Source: an uncultured Deinococcales bacterium
GTDB lineage: Bacteria > Deinococcota > Deinococci > Deinococcales > JAAFIG01
Length of the DNA stretch: 23,103 nt
Reading direction: 5' to 3'
Assembly: GCA_964247135.1 (NCBI GenBank)
Contig: CAXTTL010000053.1
Location: 1-23,103, forward strand
In this document: positions 9,327-16,948 of the stretch, one piece after another
Numbering within the stretch: position 1 is the stretch's first letter
Layout of the letters: the number at the start of each line of letters is the position of its first letter
Translations under genes and position numbers: made by a program
Notes under the pieces: model-generated
What the model was told of the DNA's origin: nothing
The model's input: only the letters and a program-made list of their open reading frames with translations
Database searches by the model: none

Positions 9327-10456
9327 CGCCCAAAGAATTGACGGCACGGCTTTTAAAGCTCTACCCCAACGTGCTCAGGGCGTGGTTGCAAGGTCAGCCA
9401 TTTGCTCCGATTGGGTTAAACATTCCCAAGCCAAGCTTTGAGTATCTCGAGTTGCGAGCACATCAAGAAACCTGGCTCGAGACGCCAAAGTTTTGTCGCA
9501 TCGAACGCGAGATCATGCAAACCCGATCACATGGCACGCAAACGATTGCCCGAAGAATTTGGCTTGATGCCCAGGATGATTTTTTGGGATTGATTGGAAA
9601 AAAACAAGAATTTCAGAACGCCCAAACCGACGCCCAACTGATTCGCAACCAATTGCCTATCTTGCTCAGTTACCTCGAGCAACAACCAAAAGTCTTGATC
9701 GAACAACATGGCATCTGGCTCGAGCTGCTGCGGGTCTGCCAGTATTTTATGGCTCATCCGCGCCCAAACCGTTACGCCAGAGAATTGCCGATAGCGGTGC
9801 ATACCAAATTTATTGACCAAAACCAAGCCGTGTTGCAACGTCTGCTCGAGGTGGTTTTACCGCCAGAAACCATTGACCGGAAAGCAGAGACTTTTGAATC
9901 GCGCTTTGGCTTGCGTTTCACAGAACCTCTAATTCGATTCAGAATTTTAGATGGTGAATTGCAAACCGTACTGGGTTTCCCAATTTCGGATGTCAGCACG
10001 CCACTGTCCGAATTCGTGACGCTCGGTTGGCAGAATCTAGCGTGCTTGATCGTGGAAAACAAGCAAACGTTTTTAACCCTGCCAACACTATCAAAAACCA
10101 TTGCCATTTGGGGACATGGCAATGCAGTACATCTGCTGCGGCACGCCGCGTGGTTGTCAAATTGTCAATTGCGTTATTGGGGCGACTTGGATGCGCACGG
10201 GTTCTGGATTTTATCGGGTTTGCGAAAGCATTTTCCAAACACCCAAAGCGTCATGATGGATCGCGCGACCCTCGAAGCATTTCGAGAATTTATTGTTCCA
10301 AGCGCTCACCTGAGCACCACCCAACTCGGGTACCTCAACGACCAAGAATGGAGCGTGTTTACTGAGCTTCAAACCCAAAATTTGCGTTTGGAGCAAGAAC
10401 ACCTCGAGCATTCTTATGTCTTAAAGCAATTGCAAAAAATTGATCATCTGGGATGA
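9323..10456 (+). CDS. jetD: Wadjet JetD Toprim-fold nuclease (DUF3322 + DUF2220-like)
   Basis: RYARELPI.VHTKFI, IVENKQTF (Toprim Glu), IWGHGN, YWGDLDAHG (DxD), LRLEQE. Last gene of the operon. Confidence 0.9.
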   Translation: MTPKELTARLLKLYPNVLRAWLQGQPFAPIGLNIPKPSFEYLELRAHQETWLETPKFCRIEREIMQTRSHGTQTIARRIWLDAQDDFLGLIGKKQEFQNAQTDAQLIRNQLPILLSYLEQQPKVLIEQHGIWLELLRVCQYFMAHPRPNRYARELPIAVHTKFIDQNQAVLQRLLEVVLPPETIDRKAETFESRFGLRFTEPLIRFRILDGELQTVLGFPISDVSTPLSEFVTLGWQNLACLIVENKQTFLTLPTLSKTIAIWGHGNAVHLLRHAAWLSNCQLRYWGDLDAHGFWILSGLRKHFPNTQSVMMDRATLEAFREFIVPSAHLSTTQLGYLNDQEWSVFTELQTQNLRLEQEHLEHSYVLKQLQKIDHLG

Positions 10457-10465
10457 ACATTTGAT

Positions 10466-11437
10466 TTAAACCCAGTTCGCGTTCAAAAACCGTATCTTCT
10501 CGAGAAAATGCACGTTCTGTCCGCCCTCGTGGTTGTTGTACGGGTACACCCGCATTTCTTTTGCGCCCCGCCATTGGTTGTACGCCGCGTAGACCGTGCT
10601 GGGTGGGCAGATGGTGTCCATTAACCCGACGCTGAACAGTGCCTTGCTTTTGGCTCGAGCCGCAAAATTCACACCGTCAAAATACGAGAGCGTGTTGAAG
10701 ACCACTCCGAGGTGCGAACGATGGGTTTTGAGATAATTGGTGATCTCATTGTAAGGCATGGTGTCGATCATTTCGGTAGCGCGGCGATACGCGCACAAGA
10801 ACGGCACTTCGGGCATACAAATCTCGACGCTCGGCTCGAGGGCGGCGGCAGCAATGCTGATGCCTCCACCTTGCGAGGCACCCGTGACCGCGATTCTCGA
10901 GGCGTCCACGACAGGGTGCGCTTTGGCGGCTTCGATGGCACGCACGGCGTCGGTGAAGACGCGGCGGTAATAGTACGAACTCGGTTTGAGAATACCCCTG
11001 GTCATGAAGCCTGGGTATTGGGCGTTGCCCGGTTCGGTTTCGATGTCGGGCGTGTGACCCTCGCGCCAGGTTGTGCCCTGCCCTCGGGTGTCCATGATCA
11101 GAAATGCAAAACCCGCGCTCGAGAATCCCAGATGATCGATGGGCAAGCCGCGTCCGCCGCCGTAACCGATGTATTCGACCACGCAGGGCAGTTTGCCGTC
11201 ACGGTGTTTGGGCAGCACCAACCAGGCTTTGATGGGTTGCCCCGCAAAACCGTTGAAGGTTACATCAAAAATCTCTAAGGTTTTGATTTCGGGTGCGACG
11301 GGTTCAAAAGTTGCGTTCAATGGGTAAGCTCGAGCCTCCAAGAGCGTGTTTTCCCAGAAGGTATCAAAATCTTTGGGTTCGATGCGGGCGGGTTTGAAGT
11401 TCTCGAGTTGTTCGAGCGGCAGGTCAAAAAAGGGCAT
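10466..11437 (-). CDS. Acetylxylan esterase / cephalosporin-C deacetylase (CE7)
   Basis: CE7 motifs DTRGQG (RGQ), GASQGGG (nucleophile), [17 protein letters not shown] (HE). Leaderless -10 TAGAAT 6 nt before the ATG. Confidence 0.92.
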   Translation of the reverse strand: MPFFDLPLEQLENFKPARIEPKDFDTFWENTLLEARAYPLNATFEPVAPEIKTLEIFDVTFNGFAGQPIKAWLVLPKHRDGKLPCVVEYIGYGGGRGLPIDHLGFSSAGFAFLIMDTRGQGTTWREGHTPDIETEPGNAQYPGFMTRGILKPSSYYYRRVFTDAVRAIEAAKAHPVVDASRIAVTGASQGGGISIAAAALEPSVEICMPEVPFLCAYRRATEMIDTMPYNEITNYLKTHRSHLGVVFNTLSYFDGVNFAARAKSKALFSVGLMDTICPPSTVYAAYNQWRGAKEMRVYPYNNHEGGQNVHFLEKIRFLNANWV

Positions 11438-11468
11438 GACGCAATTCTAAACGATTTGGAGAATGTTT

Positions 11469-11499
11469 CGTGGGGGATGGTTTCAGACCATCCCCCACG
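11469..11499 (-). repeat. Perfect 13-bp hairpin (GTGG-type REP-like; may terminate or stabilise the NmrA-like mRNA)
   Basis: CGTGGGGGATGGT-ttcag-ACCATCCCCCACG, about 20 nt downstream of the minus-strand stop at 11520. Confidence 0.6.
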
Positions 11500-11519
11500 C
11501 GTGATTCGATTGGCTTTGT

Positions 11520-12353
11520 TTATAACCAGGCGTCTTTGTGATCCGCCGCAAATTGATCGAAACTGATTGGATCGCGTCCCAAAACTTTCTTGACGGTGTC
11601 GGTGGTGGCATCCGTCCAACCCGCACGAACGCCAGTGTACAGGCTGCTCATCAACTCGAGGTAGCTGGGTGAGAGCACGTTCTGCATTGCGCCGCGAAAT
11701 TGCTCATCGTTGATTGGCACGTATTGAACGGCTTTTTCGGTGGCGCTCGAGATTTTGGCGGCGACCGCATTGCGGTCTAGGCTTTCGCTCCCAGTGAGGA
11801 CATAGGCTTGTCCGTTATGCCCATTTTCGGTTAACGCTTTCACAGCAACAGAAGCGATGTCTCGAGCGTCAATAAAACCCGTTTTGGCTTGCTCGGCGGG
11901 TTCGTAAAGTGTGCCGTCTTTGATGCCCTGCGCCATGCCCGTCGAGTAATTTTGCATAAACCAGGTCGGGCGCAAAATGGTGTACTCGAGTCCCGAGGCT
12001 TCGATGTGTTTTTCGACTTGACGAAGTGGAATGCTGTCGTCGGCTTCGACACCCATTCCCGAAAGTTTGACCACGCGTTTGACGCCTGCGGCTTTTGCCA
12101 AGTCAACCGTGGTTTTTTCAGGGTCGCTTGGAAAGTCGCCTGGTGAGGCGAGGTACAAGGTGTCCACACCCTCGAGTGCGGCTTTGATGCTGTCGGTGTC
12201 GTGGTAATCAAAATGAACCACGTGTGCGTTTGGGAAATTTGCTTCGGCTTTGGCGACGTTGTGCGCCCCAACCCGAACTTTTTCGCCCTTTGCCAGAAGT
12301 TGCTCAACGATTTCGCTGCCGACCTTGCCGTTTGCGGTGCTGATGAAGATCAT
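11520..12353 (-). CDS. NmrA-like NAD(P)-binding oxidoreductase (atypical SDR)
   Basis: Rossmann start IFISTANGKVGSEIV, AGVKRVVKLS, SGLEYTILRPTWFMQN, FIDARDIA, LGRDPISF. SD AAGGAG precedes ATG 12353. Divergent from an HxlR regulator. Confidence 0.85.
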   Translation of the reverse strand: MIFISTANGKVGSEIVEQLLAKGEKVRVGAHNVAKAEANFPNAHVVHFDYHDTDSIKAALEGVDTLYLASPGDFPSDPEKTTVDLAKAAGVKRVVKLSGMGVEADDSIPLRQVEKHIEASGLEYTILRPTWFMQNYSTGMAQGIKDGTLYEPAEQAKTGFIDARDIASVAVKALTENGHNGQAYVLTGSESLDRNAVAAKISSATEKAVQYVPINDEQFRGAMQNVLSPSYLELMSSLYTGVRAGWTDATTDTVKKVLGRDPISFDQFAADHKDAWL

Positions 12354-12477
12354 GGTTTTCTCCTTTGGGTCTGAAACCCTCGAGAGCAAATGTAAAACTT
12401 TGCGCTCTAAATTACAAGTACATACCAAAAAGTTTTATACACACGATTTGGTGCGTGTTGTGTGCTATTGTACAAAA

Positions 12478-12888
12478 ATGGAACGCCAAACTTTGAACGA
12501 CTCCCAAGAAATCAATTGCCTGAGCATATACTGCCCTTCACAAAGCGTGCTGGACATGGTCGCAGACCGTTGGACGGTGCTGGTTGCCTATGCCCTAAAA
12601 CTCAATGGCACGATGCGTTACAACCAACTGCATTCCACCGTCGAAGGCATCAGCCAAAAAATGCTGACCCAAACCCTACGTTCGCTCGAGCGCAACGGCT
12701 TGGTCAAACGCACCGTGTACCCCGTCGTGCCGCCGCACACCGAGTACAACCTGACCGAACTTGGACACAGCCTCGACGAGGTCATCACCCAGATGGCGAT
12801 TTGGTCCATGCAGAACATGCCCCAAGTGTTAACAGCTCGAGCGAGTTATGACGCTCGAGACAATGCCGTACAACAACCTCGAGCCTGA
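12478..12888 (+). CDS. HxlR-family winged-helix transcriptional regulator
   Basis: CPSQSVLDMVADRWTVLV, MRYNQL, GISQKMLTQTLRSLERNGLVKRTVYPVVPPHTEYNLTELG. Extended -10 TGcTATTGT 6 nt before ATG 12478. Confidence 0.93.
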   Translation: MERQTLNDSQEINCLSIYCPSQSVLDMVADRWTVLVAYALKLNGTMRYNQLHSTVEGISQKMLTQTLRSLERNGLVKRTVYPVVPPHTEYNLTELGHSLDEVITQMAIWSMQNMPQVLTARASYDARDNAVQQPRA

Positions 12889-12922
12889 AAATTGTCCTGA
12901 TGCTGGCGTGTTAATTTACGGT

Positions 12923-13642
12923 GTGAAAAGCGCACCGCCGGTGGGTGAAAACAGCGAAAAGGGCGAAAAAGTTCAGGCGATGTTTGACAGCATCGCCGGG
13001 CGTTACGACCTCCTCAACCGGGTGCTGTCAATGGGCGTGGACAGGGGTTGGCGCACGACTGCCACCGCCGAAGTCCTCGCCAACAACCCCAAAGACGTGC
13101 TCGACGTTGCCACGGGAACTGGTGACTTTGCCCTGACCATCAAAAAAATCAGTCCCGAAACCCGAGTCATCGGCAGCGATTTTGCCGCCAACATGCTCGA
13201 GATTGCCCGTGAAAAAGCTTTAAAGCAACACCTCGAGATCAAGTTTGAGCAAGGTGATGCGCTGAATTTACCGTATGCAGACTCGAGTTTTGATGCGATT
13301 TCGTGCTCGTTTGGCTTTCGGAATTTTGCGGATTTTAAACGCGGTTTGCAGGAATTTTATCGGGTCTTGCGCCCCGGCGGTCGTTGTGTGATCCTCGAGT
13401 TTCCACCGCCGCCAGAAAATCTGCTCGGGCAGGTCTACGGCTTGTACTTTCGGCACGTGCTGCCGTTTATTGGCGGTGTGATCTCGGGTCGTCCCGAAGC
13501 CTACCGCTACCTTCCCGAGAGCGTGATCGCTTTCCCAAAACCAGAAACCTTAGCCAAACTCATGCTCGAGGTTGGCTTTGAGGCACGCTTTCAGGTGCTG
13601 ACCGCAGGGCTGGCGGCGATTCATGTGGGTGTTAAAAAATGA
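12923..13642 (+). CDS. menG: UbiE/MenG demethylmenaquinone methyltransferase
   Basis: VQAMFDSIAGRYDLLNRVLSMG, VLDVATGTGD (SAM motif I), GDALNLPYADSSFD, FGFRN, RVLRPGG, AYRYLPES. Start GTG 12923 inferred from TGtTAATTT just upstream; the ORF is open from 12848. Confidence 0.9.
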   Translation: MKSAPPVGENSEKGEKVQAMFDSIAGRYDLLNRVLSMGVDRGWRTTATAEVLANNPKDVLDVATGTGDFALTIKKISPETRVIGSDFAANMLEIAREKALKQHLEIKFEQGDALNLPYADSSFDAISCSFGFRNFADFKRGLQEFYRVLRPGGRCVILEFPPPPENLLGQVYGLYFRHVLPFIGGVISGRPEAYRYLPESVIAFPKPETLAKLMLEVGFEARFQVLTAGLAAIHVGVKK

Positions 13643-13645
13643 AAC

Positions 13646-13674
13646 TTGCGGCTTCAGCGATTTTCTGTTAAGCT
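13646..13674 (+). promoter_or_regulatory. Sigma70-type promoter TTGCGG-17-TAAGCT with extended TG
   Basis: TTGCGG 13646-13651, 17-nt spacer, TG at 13666-13667, TAAGCT 13669-13674. Confidence 0.55.
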
Positions 13675-13680
13675 TCCGTC

Positions 13681-13748
13681 GTCGCACGGATTAACTCCTT
13701 CAGTGGAGGCAACCCCGCACCTTTAACGGTACGGGGTTGTATTTTTTT
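13681..13748 (+). ncRNA. Candidate ~68-nt small RNA with an anti-Shine-Dalgarno motif
   Basis: Promoter directly upstream, no ORF, AACTCCTT with a small CTCC/GGAG stem, followed immediately by an intrinsic terminator. Confidence 0.45.
13709..13748 (+). terminator. Intrinsic terminator
   Basis: GCAACCCCG-C-ACC-tttaac-GGT-A-CGGGGTTGT followed by ATTTTTTT. Confidence 0.8.
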
Positions 13749-14075
13749 GCCGACTCGAGCTTTCACCCAGATTCAACACTCGAGTCCGAAATCTGTGTCT
13801 CAAGTCAAGCTCGAGATTGGGTTTTGGTCTGCCCAGAATTTCTCGAGTTGGGTTTTATTGAATTTCTGACGATAAAAGAGCGTCGCGTCAAAACTTGGCT
13901 CGTGCGACGCCCATGCGACGCCTCTTTTCGCAAACTGATTCTCAGGAATCAATTCAAGAAAGGAGTTGCGAAACCAAACAACAAAGTCCGACTCGCGGCT
14001 GCTCAAGTGCGTCTCAGCGTTTTGTCTCGCAAGCCAGAAATACCATTTCGGCTTGAATTAATGGAGGATTTACCC

Positions 14076-15239
14076 ATGAAAAAATGGATTGCTCAATCGG
14101 TCATCATCGCGTTAATGGCAGGTTCTCTGGCGGCGTGCGGCGGCGGTGGCTCAACGCCAGGCGGGGCGTCTGCAAGTTTGGGTGGCATTCTGTTTGACGA
14201 CCTCAACAAAAACAACCTGCGCGATGCGGGCGAACCAGGTCTGAAAGACTGGACGGTTTACGTGGACGCCAACGGCAACTCGAGCCTCGACGCCGGCGAG
14301 AAGACTGCCGTGACGGGTGCAACGGGCGCCTACAGCTTTGGCGACGTGAAAATTGGCGCGAACAAAATAGGGGTGCAAATGCGTTTGGGTTACAGCGCCG
14401 TCCATGTTGTGCCGCTCTCCTCGAGCTTGATCGATCCCAAAATCATCAACGGTACGACTGTGCCTGGCAAAGATAAATTCCCATTTCAGGTTGCTTTGGT
14501 TCAAAAAGCCGATGGCGCTCAATTTTGTGGTGCGTCCTTGGTTGCGCCGCGCTGGGTCTTGACGGCGGCGCACTGCTTTTACACCGACAGCAAGCAAACA
14601 ACTTTTGCCGCCGCCGTTCAAGTCCGAATTGGGGTCACCGACCTGAGCACCCAAGACGGCGAGACCATCGATGTCAGCGAAATCATCAACCACCCACAGT
14701 ACCTGTTGCCCGCAGGCAGCGGCACAAACAACGACATCGCCCTGCTGAAACTGAGCGCCCCAGCCACCCAGGGCAGCCTGATCGTTCCCGCTCGAGGCGG
14801 CGACACGAACCTCAATGCCGCAGGCACAGCCGTGCGCGTGATCGGTTGGGGCAGAACCGAAACGGGCACGACCAATGTCTTGCGCGAGGTTCCTCAACAA
14901 CTTTCCCAGGATGCCCTGTGCCAAAGCACCTGGAATGCCACGCCGCAGATGCTCTGCGCCCAAACCCCAGCGGGCGACACCACCGTGCGCGAATCCTGCC
15001 AGGGTGACAGCGGCGGACCGCTGTTCACCGACAGCGCCACCCCAAGGCAAGTCGGCGTGGTGTCGTTCGGTACGACAAGCTGCACCGACATCACAAAACC
15101 AGGCGTGTACGCTCGAGTGACCGCCTTCGATGATTGGTTGGGTGCAACCACCGGACGCACCGCCAGCGATTTGGGCATCTCGTTTGACCTGAGCGCCAAC
15201 ACCTCGAGTGTCGGGATTGGTGTGCAGCAAAGCAACTGA
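14076..15239 (+). CDS. Lipoprotein with SdrD-B-like domain and S1 (trypsin-like) serine protease
   Basis: SD GGAGG, signal peptide with lipobox LAA-C, SdrD-B-like FDDLNKNNLRDAGEPGL...VYVDANGN..LDAGE, activation site K|IING, catalytic TAAHC / NDIALL / GDSGGP, PGVYARV. Confidence 0.9.
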   Translation: MKKWIAQSVIIALMAGSLAACGGGGSTPGGASASLGGILFDDLNKNNLRDAGEPGLKDWTVYVDANGNSSLDAGEKTAVTGATGAYSFGDVKIGANKIGVQMRLGYSAVHVVPLSSSLIDPKIINGTTVPGKDKFPFQVALVQKADGAQFCGASLVAPRWVLTAAHCFYTDSKQTTFAAAVQVRIGVTDLSTQDGETIDVSEIINHPQYLLPAGSGTNNDIALLKLSAPATQGSLIVPARGGDTNLNAAGTAVRVIGWGRTETGTTNVLREVPQQLSQDALCQSTWNATPQMLCAQTPAGDTTVRESCQGDSGGPLFTDSATPRQVGVVSFGTTSCTDITKPGVYARVTAFDDWLGATTGRTASDLGISFDLSANTSSVGIGVQQSN

Positions 15240-15282
15240 AGTTCAAAAGCTTTAGGCTCGAGTTTTAAAGTTTGTGCTTTCA

Positions 15283-15322
15283 CCTCTCATCCCCGACCCT
15301 TCTCTCCCAGGAGAGAAGGGAG
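15283..15322 (+). repeat. REP-like element, copy 1 (CCTCTCATCCCC..CCCTTCTCTC-loop-GAGAGAAGGG)
   Basis: 10-bp stem 15297-15306/15311-15320; a near-identical copy lies at 22874-22952. Confidence 0.75.
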
Positions 15323-15338
15323 TTTTGGTTTTAGCTCG

Positions 15339-15426
15339 AGAAGCGACCATGCCCGCTAGGTGCGTTTTATGGTCAAGAAGCGACCATGCCCGCTAGGTGC
15401 GTTTTATGGTCAAGAAGCGACCATGC
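15339..15426 (+). repeat. 37-bp perfect tandem repeat, about 2.4 copies
   Basis: AGAAGCGACCATGCCCGCTAGGTGCGTTTTATGGTCA at 15339 and 15376, plus a partial copy at 15413-15426. Confidence 0.9.
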
Positions 15427-15502
15427 GCGTTGCAGTGATTTGTCTGATCTCGAGCACATGTTCACCTCGAGCCGACCAAAAATCCAAGCTTTGAGAACAT
15501 CC

Positions 15503-15955
15503 TCAATCGTTCGAGGCGGCGATCAGCCGTCTGTGGTAGTTGATCTGTCCCAAATGCCAGTTGAGATGCCCGTACAGGTGCAGCAAAAAATAACCCGTGC
15601 TCATCGGGTAGCCCAGTGTTTCTTTGGGAAAACCTTGCTCGAGTTTAAGGCTGTCCAAATTGCCCAGCACTGTTTCGATCATGCCCGAGGTCGCTTTGAC
15701 CATCGCAATCAAGTCGGCTCGAGGAACGTTTTTAAGGTTGAATTCTGCCTCGCGGTCACGCTTGTAATCCGTACCGCCAAGGTCAACGCCAACATATTGG
15801 TTGAGGTTACCAACCAAGTGCAATGCCAGGTTGCCCGTAGGGTTTTTGATGTCGGGCGCAACCCGCCAAAGGCTGTCCTCGGTGGGGTACGCCTCGAGTT
15901 CGATCACCAGTTTTGCCAGGTCGCGCTTGTAGAGTTTGATCAGGTCTTGGGTCAT
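15503..15955 (-). CDS. DinB-superfamily (DUF1572-like) protein
   Basis: NPTGNLALHLVGNL, YKRDREAEF, HLYGHLNWHLGQI (His triad pattern). Leaderless -10 TAGACT 6 nt before the ATG. Confidence 0.85.
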   Translation of the reverse strand: MTQDLIKLYKRDLAKLVIELEAYPTEDSLWRVAPDIKNPTGNLALHLVGNLNQYVGVDLGGTDYKRDREAEFNLKNVPRADLIAMVKATSGMIETVLGNLDSLKLEQGFPKETLGYPMSTGYFLLHLYGHLNWHLGQINYHRRLIAASND

Positions 15956-15999
15956 GGTTTTAGTCTAGCGGTTTTGAGGCTCGAGCGGCAAAACCCTCA

Positions 16000-16153
16000 G
16001 AGGGTGTTTATGAAGGGTTTCTCGAGCAGGGCTATAAGCTTTAAGCTCCAAGCTGTAAGCCAAAAACGCTGTTCCTTAGAGTTTGGAGCTTAGAGCCAAA
16101 ACCACCTCAAACCCTGAGCACTTTTTTCCGATATCGACTTCATAAACAGGCTC
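16000..16153. mobile_element. 154-bp MITE with 16-bp TIRs and TCA target-site duplication
   Basis: Left end GAGGGTGTTTATGAAG (16000-16015) and right end CTTCATAAACAGGCTC (16138-16153) match 14/16. TCA flanks both sides (15997-15999, 16154-16156). No ORF of note. Confidence 0.75.
16031..16096. repeat. Inverted arrays of 7-bp GCTnnAA units inside the MITE
   Basis: GCTATAA GCTTTAA GCTCCAA GCTGTAA (16031-16058) versus TTAGAGT TTGGAGC TTAGAGC (16076-16096). Confidence 0.7.
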
Positions 16154-16948
16154 TCAGACTGCGGTCCAGCCGCCGTCAACCAGCAAGGTATGCCCTGTGA
16201 CCATGCTCGCGGCGGAGGACGCCAAAAAGACCACCGCGCCGAGCATGTCGTCCACCGTGGCAATCCTGCCCATCGGAATGCGCGACTCGAGGTCGGCTTT
16301 GATCTCGGGCTGGGCAAAAGTCTGTTCGGTCAGTGGGGTGCGCACGAAGGTCGGCGCAATGGCGTTGACGGTGATGCCGTGTTTTGCCCATTCAAACGCC
16401 AGGACCCTGGTTTGGTTGACCAAGCCCGCCTTGGCAGAACCGTAGGCGGCGCGTTGATAGTAGCCGACCACACCCATCTGCGAGGCGATGTTGATGATTC
16501 GTCCGCCAGCGTCGCCCGCTTTGGCTCGAGCGATCATATGCCGCCCGACGGCTTGGCTCATGAAGAATGCGCCTTTCAGGTCGGTGTCGAGCACCAAATC
16601 CCAATTTTCTTCGGTCACATCTTCTGCCCATTGAACGCGGTTCACGCCGGCGTTGTTGACCAGAATATCCACCCTCCCAAATTCGGCTATCGCCTGGTCA
16701 ACAATTCTGGTGCATGAGGGCACATCGCAGACGTCAAGCTCGAGTGCCATGCCTTTACGACCGTGGCTGCGAATCAGCTCCAAGGTTGGTTTTGCCATGT
16801 CCAGCCTGCCTGGCAGTTCGGTGATGATGACATCCGCGCCGTAGGCGGCGAGGGCGGCGGCAAACCCTTGTCCAAGTCCTGATCCTGCGCCGGTGACGAG
16901 TGCCACGGAACGCTCGAGTTGGAAATTTGGCATTTTTAAATTGGTCAT
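16154..16948 (-). CDS. Classical SDR oxidoreductase (KduD / gluconate-5-dehydrogenase-like)
   Basis: VTGAGSGLG, DILVNNAG, IINIAS, YGSAK (YxxxK), VNAIAPTF, VTGHTLLVDGG. Extended -10 TGcTAGACT 6 nt before the ATG. Confidence 0.9.
   Translation of the reverse strand: MTNLKMPNFQLERSVALVTGAGSGLGQGFAAALAAYGADVIITELPGRLDMAKPTLELIRSHGRKGMALELDVCDVPSCTRIVDQAIAEFGRVDILVNNAGVNRVQWAEDVTEENWDLVLDTDLKGAFFMSQAVGRHMIARAKAGDAGGRIINIASQMGVVGYYQRAAYGSAKAGLVNQTRVLAFEWAKHGITVNAIAPTFVRTPLTEQTFAQPEIKADLESRIPMGRIATVDDMLGAVVFLASSAASMVTGHTLLVDGGWTAV

Noticed and set aside
4001-10456. Four-gene SMC operon as a novel system
   Set aside because: Gene order, sizes and motifs match the established type I Wadjet (JetABCD).
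12923-13642. The methyltransferase as the DNA MTase behind CTCGAG
   Set aside because: Its motifs are those of UbiE/MenG; there is no DPPY/NPPY or PC catalytic motif.
13675-13748. tRNA
   Set aside because: No cloverleaf, T-loop (GTTCRA) or CCA end.
13737-14075. 113-aa N-terminal extension of the protease
   Set aside because: It starts inside a terminator; a strong SD and the signal peptide/lipobox begin at ATG 14076.
15339-15426. 37-bp repeats as a CRISPR array
   Set aside because: The units are directly adjacent and identical, with no unique spacers, and there are no cas genes in the window.
15386-16093. 235-aa plus-strand ORF
   Set aside because: It is antisense to the DinB-like gene, starts in a tandem repeat and ends in the MITE.
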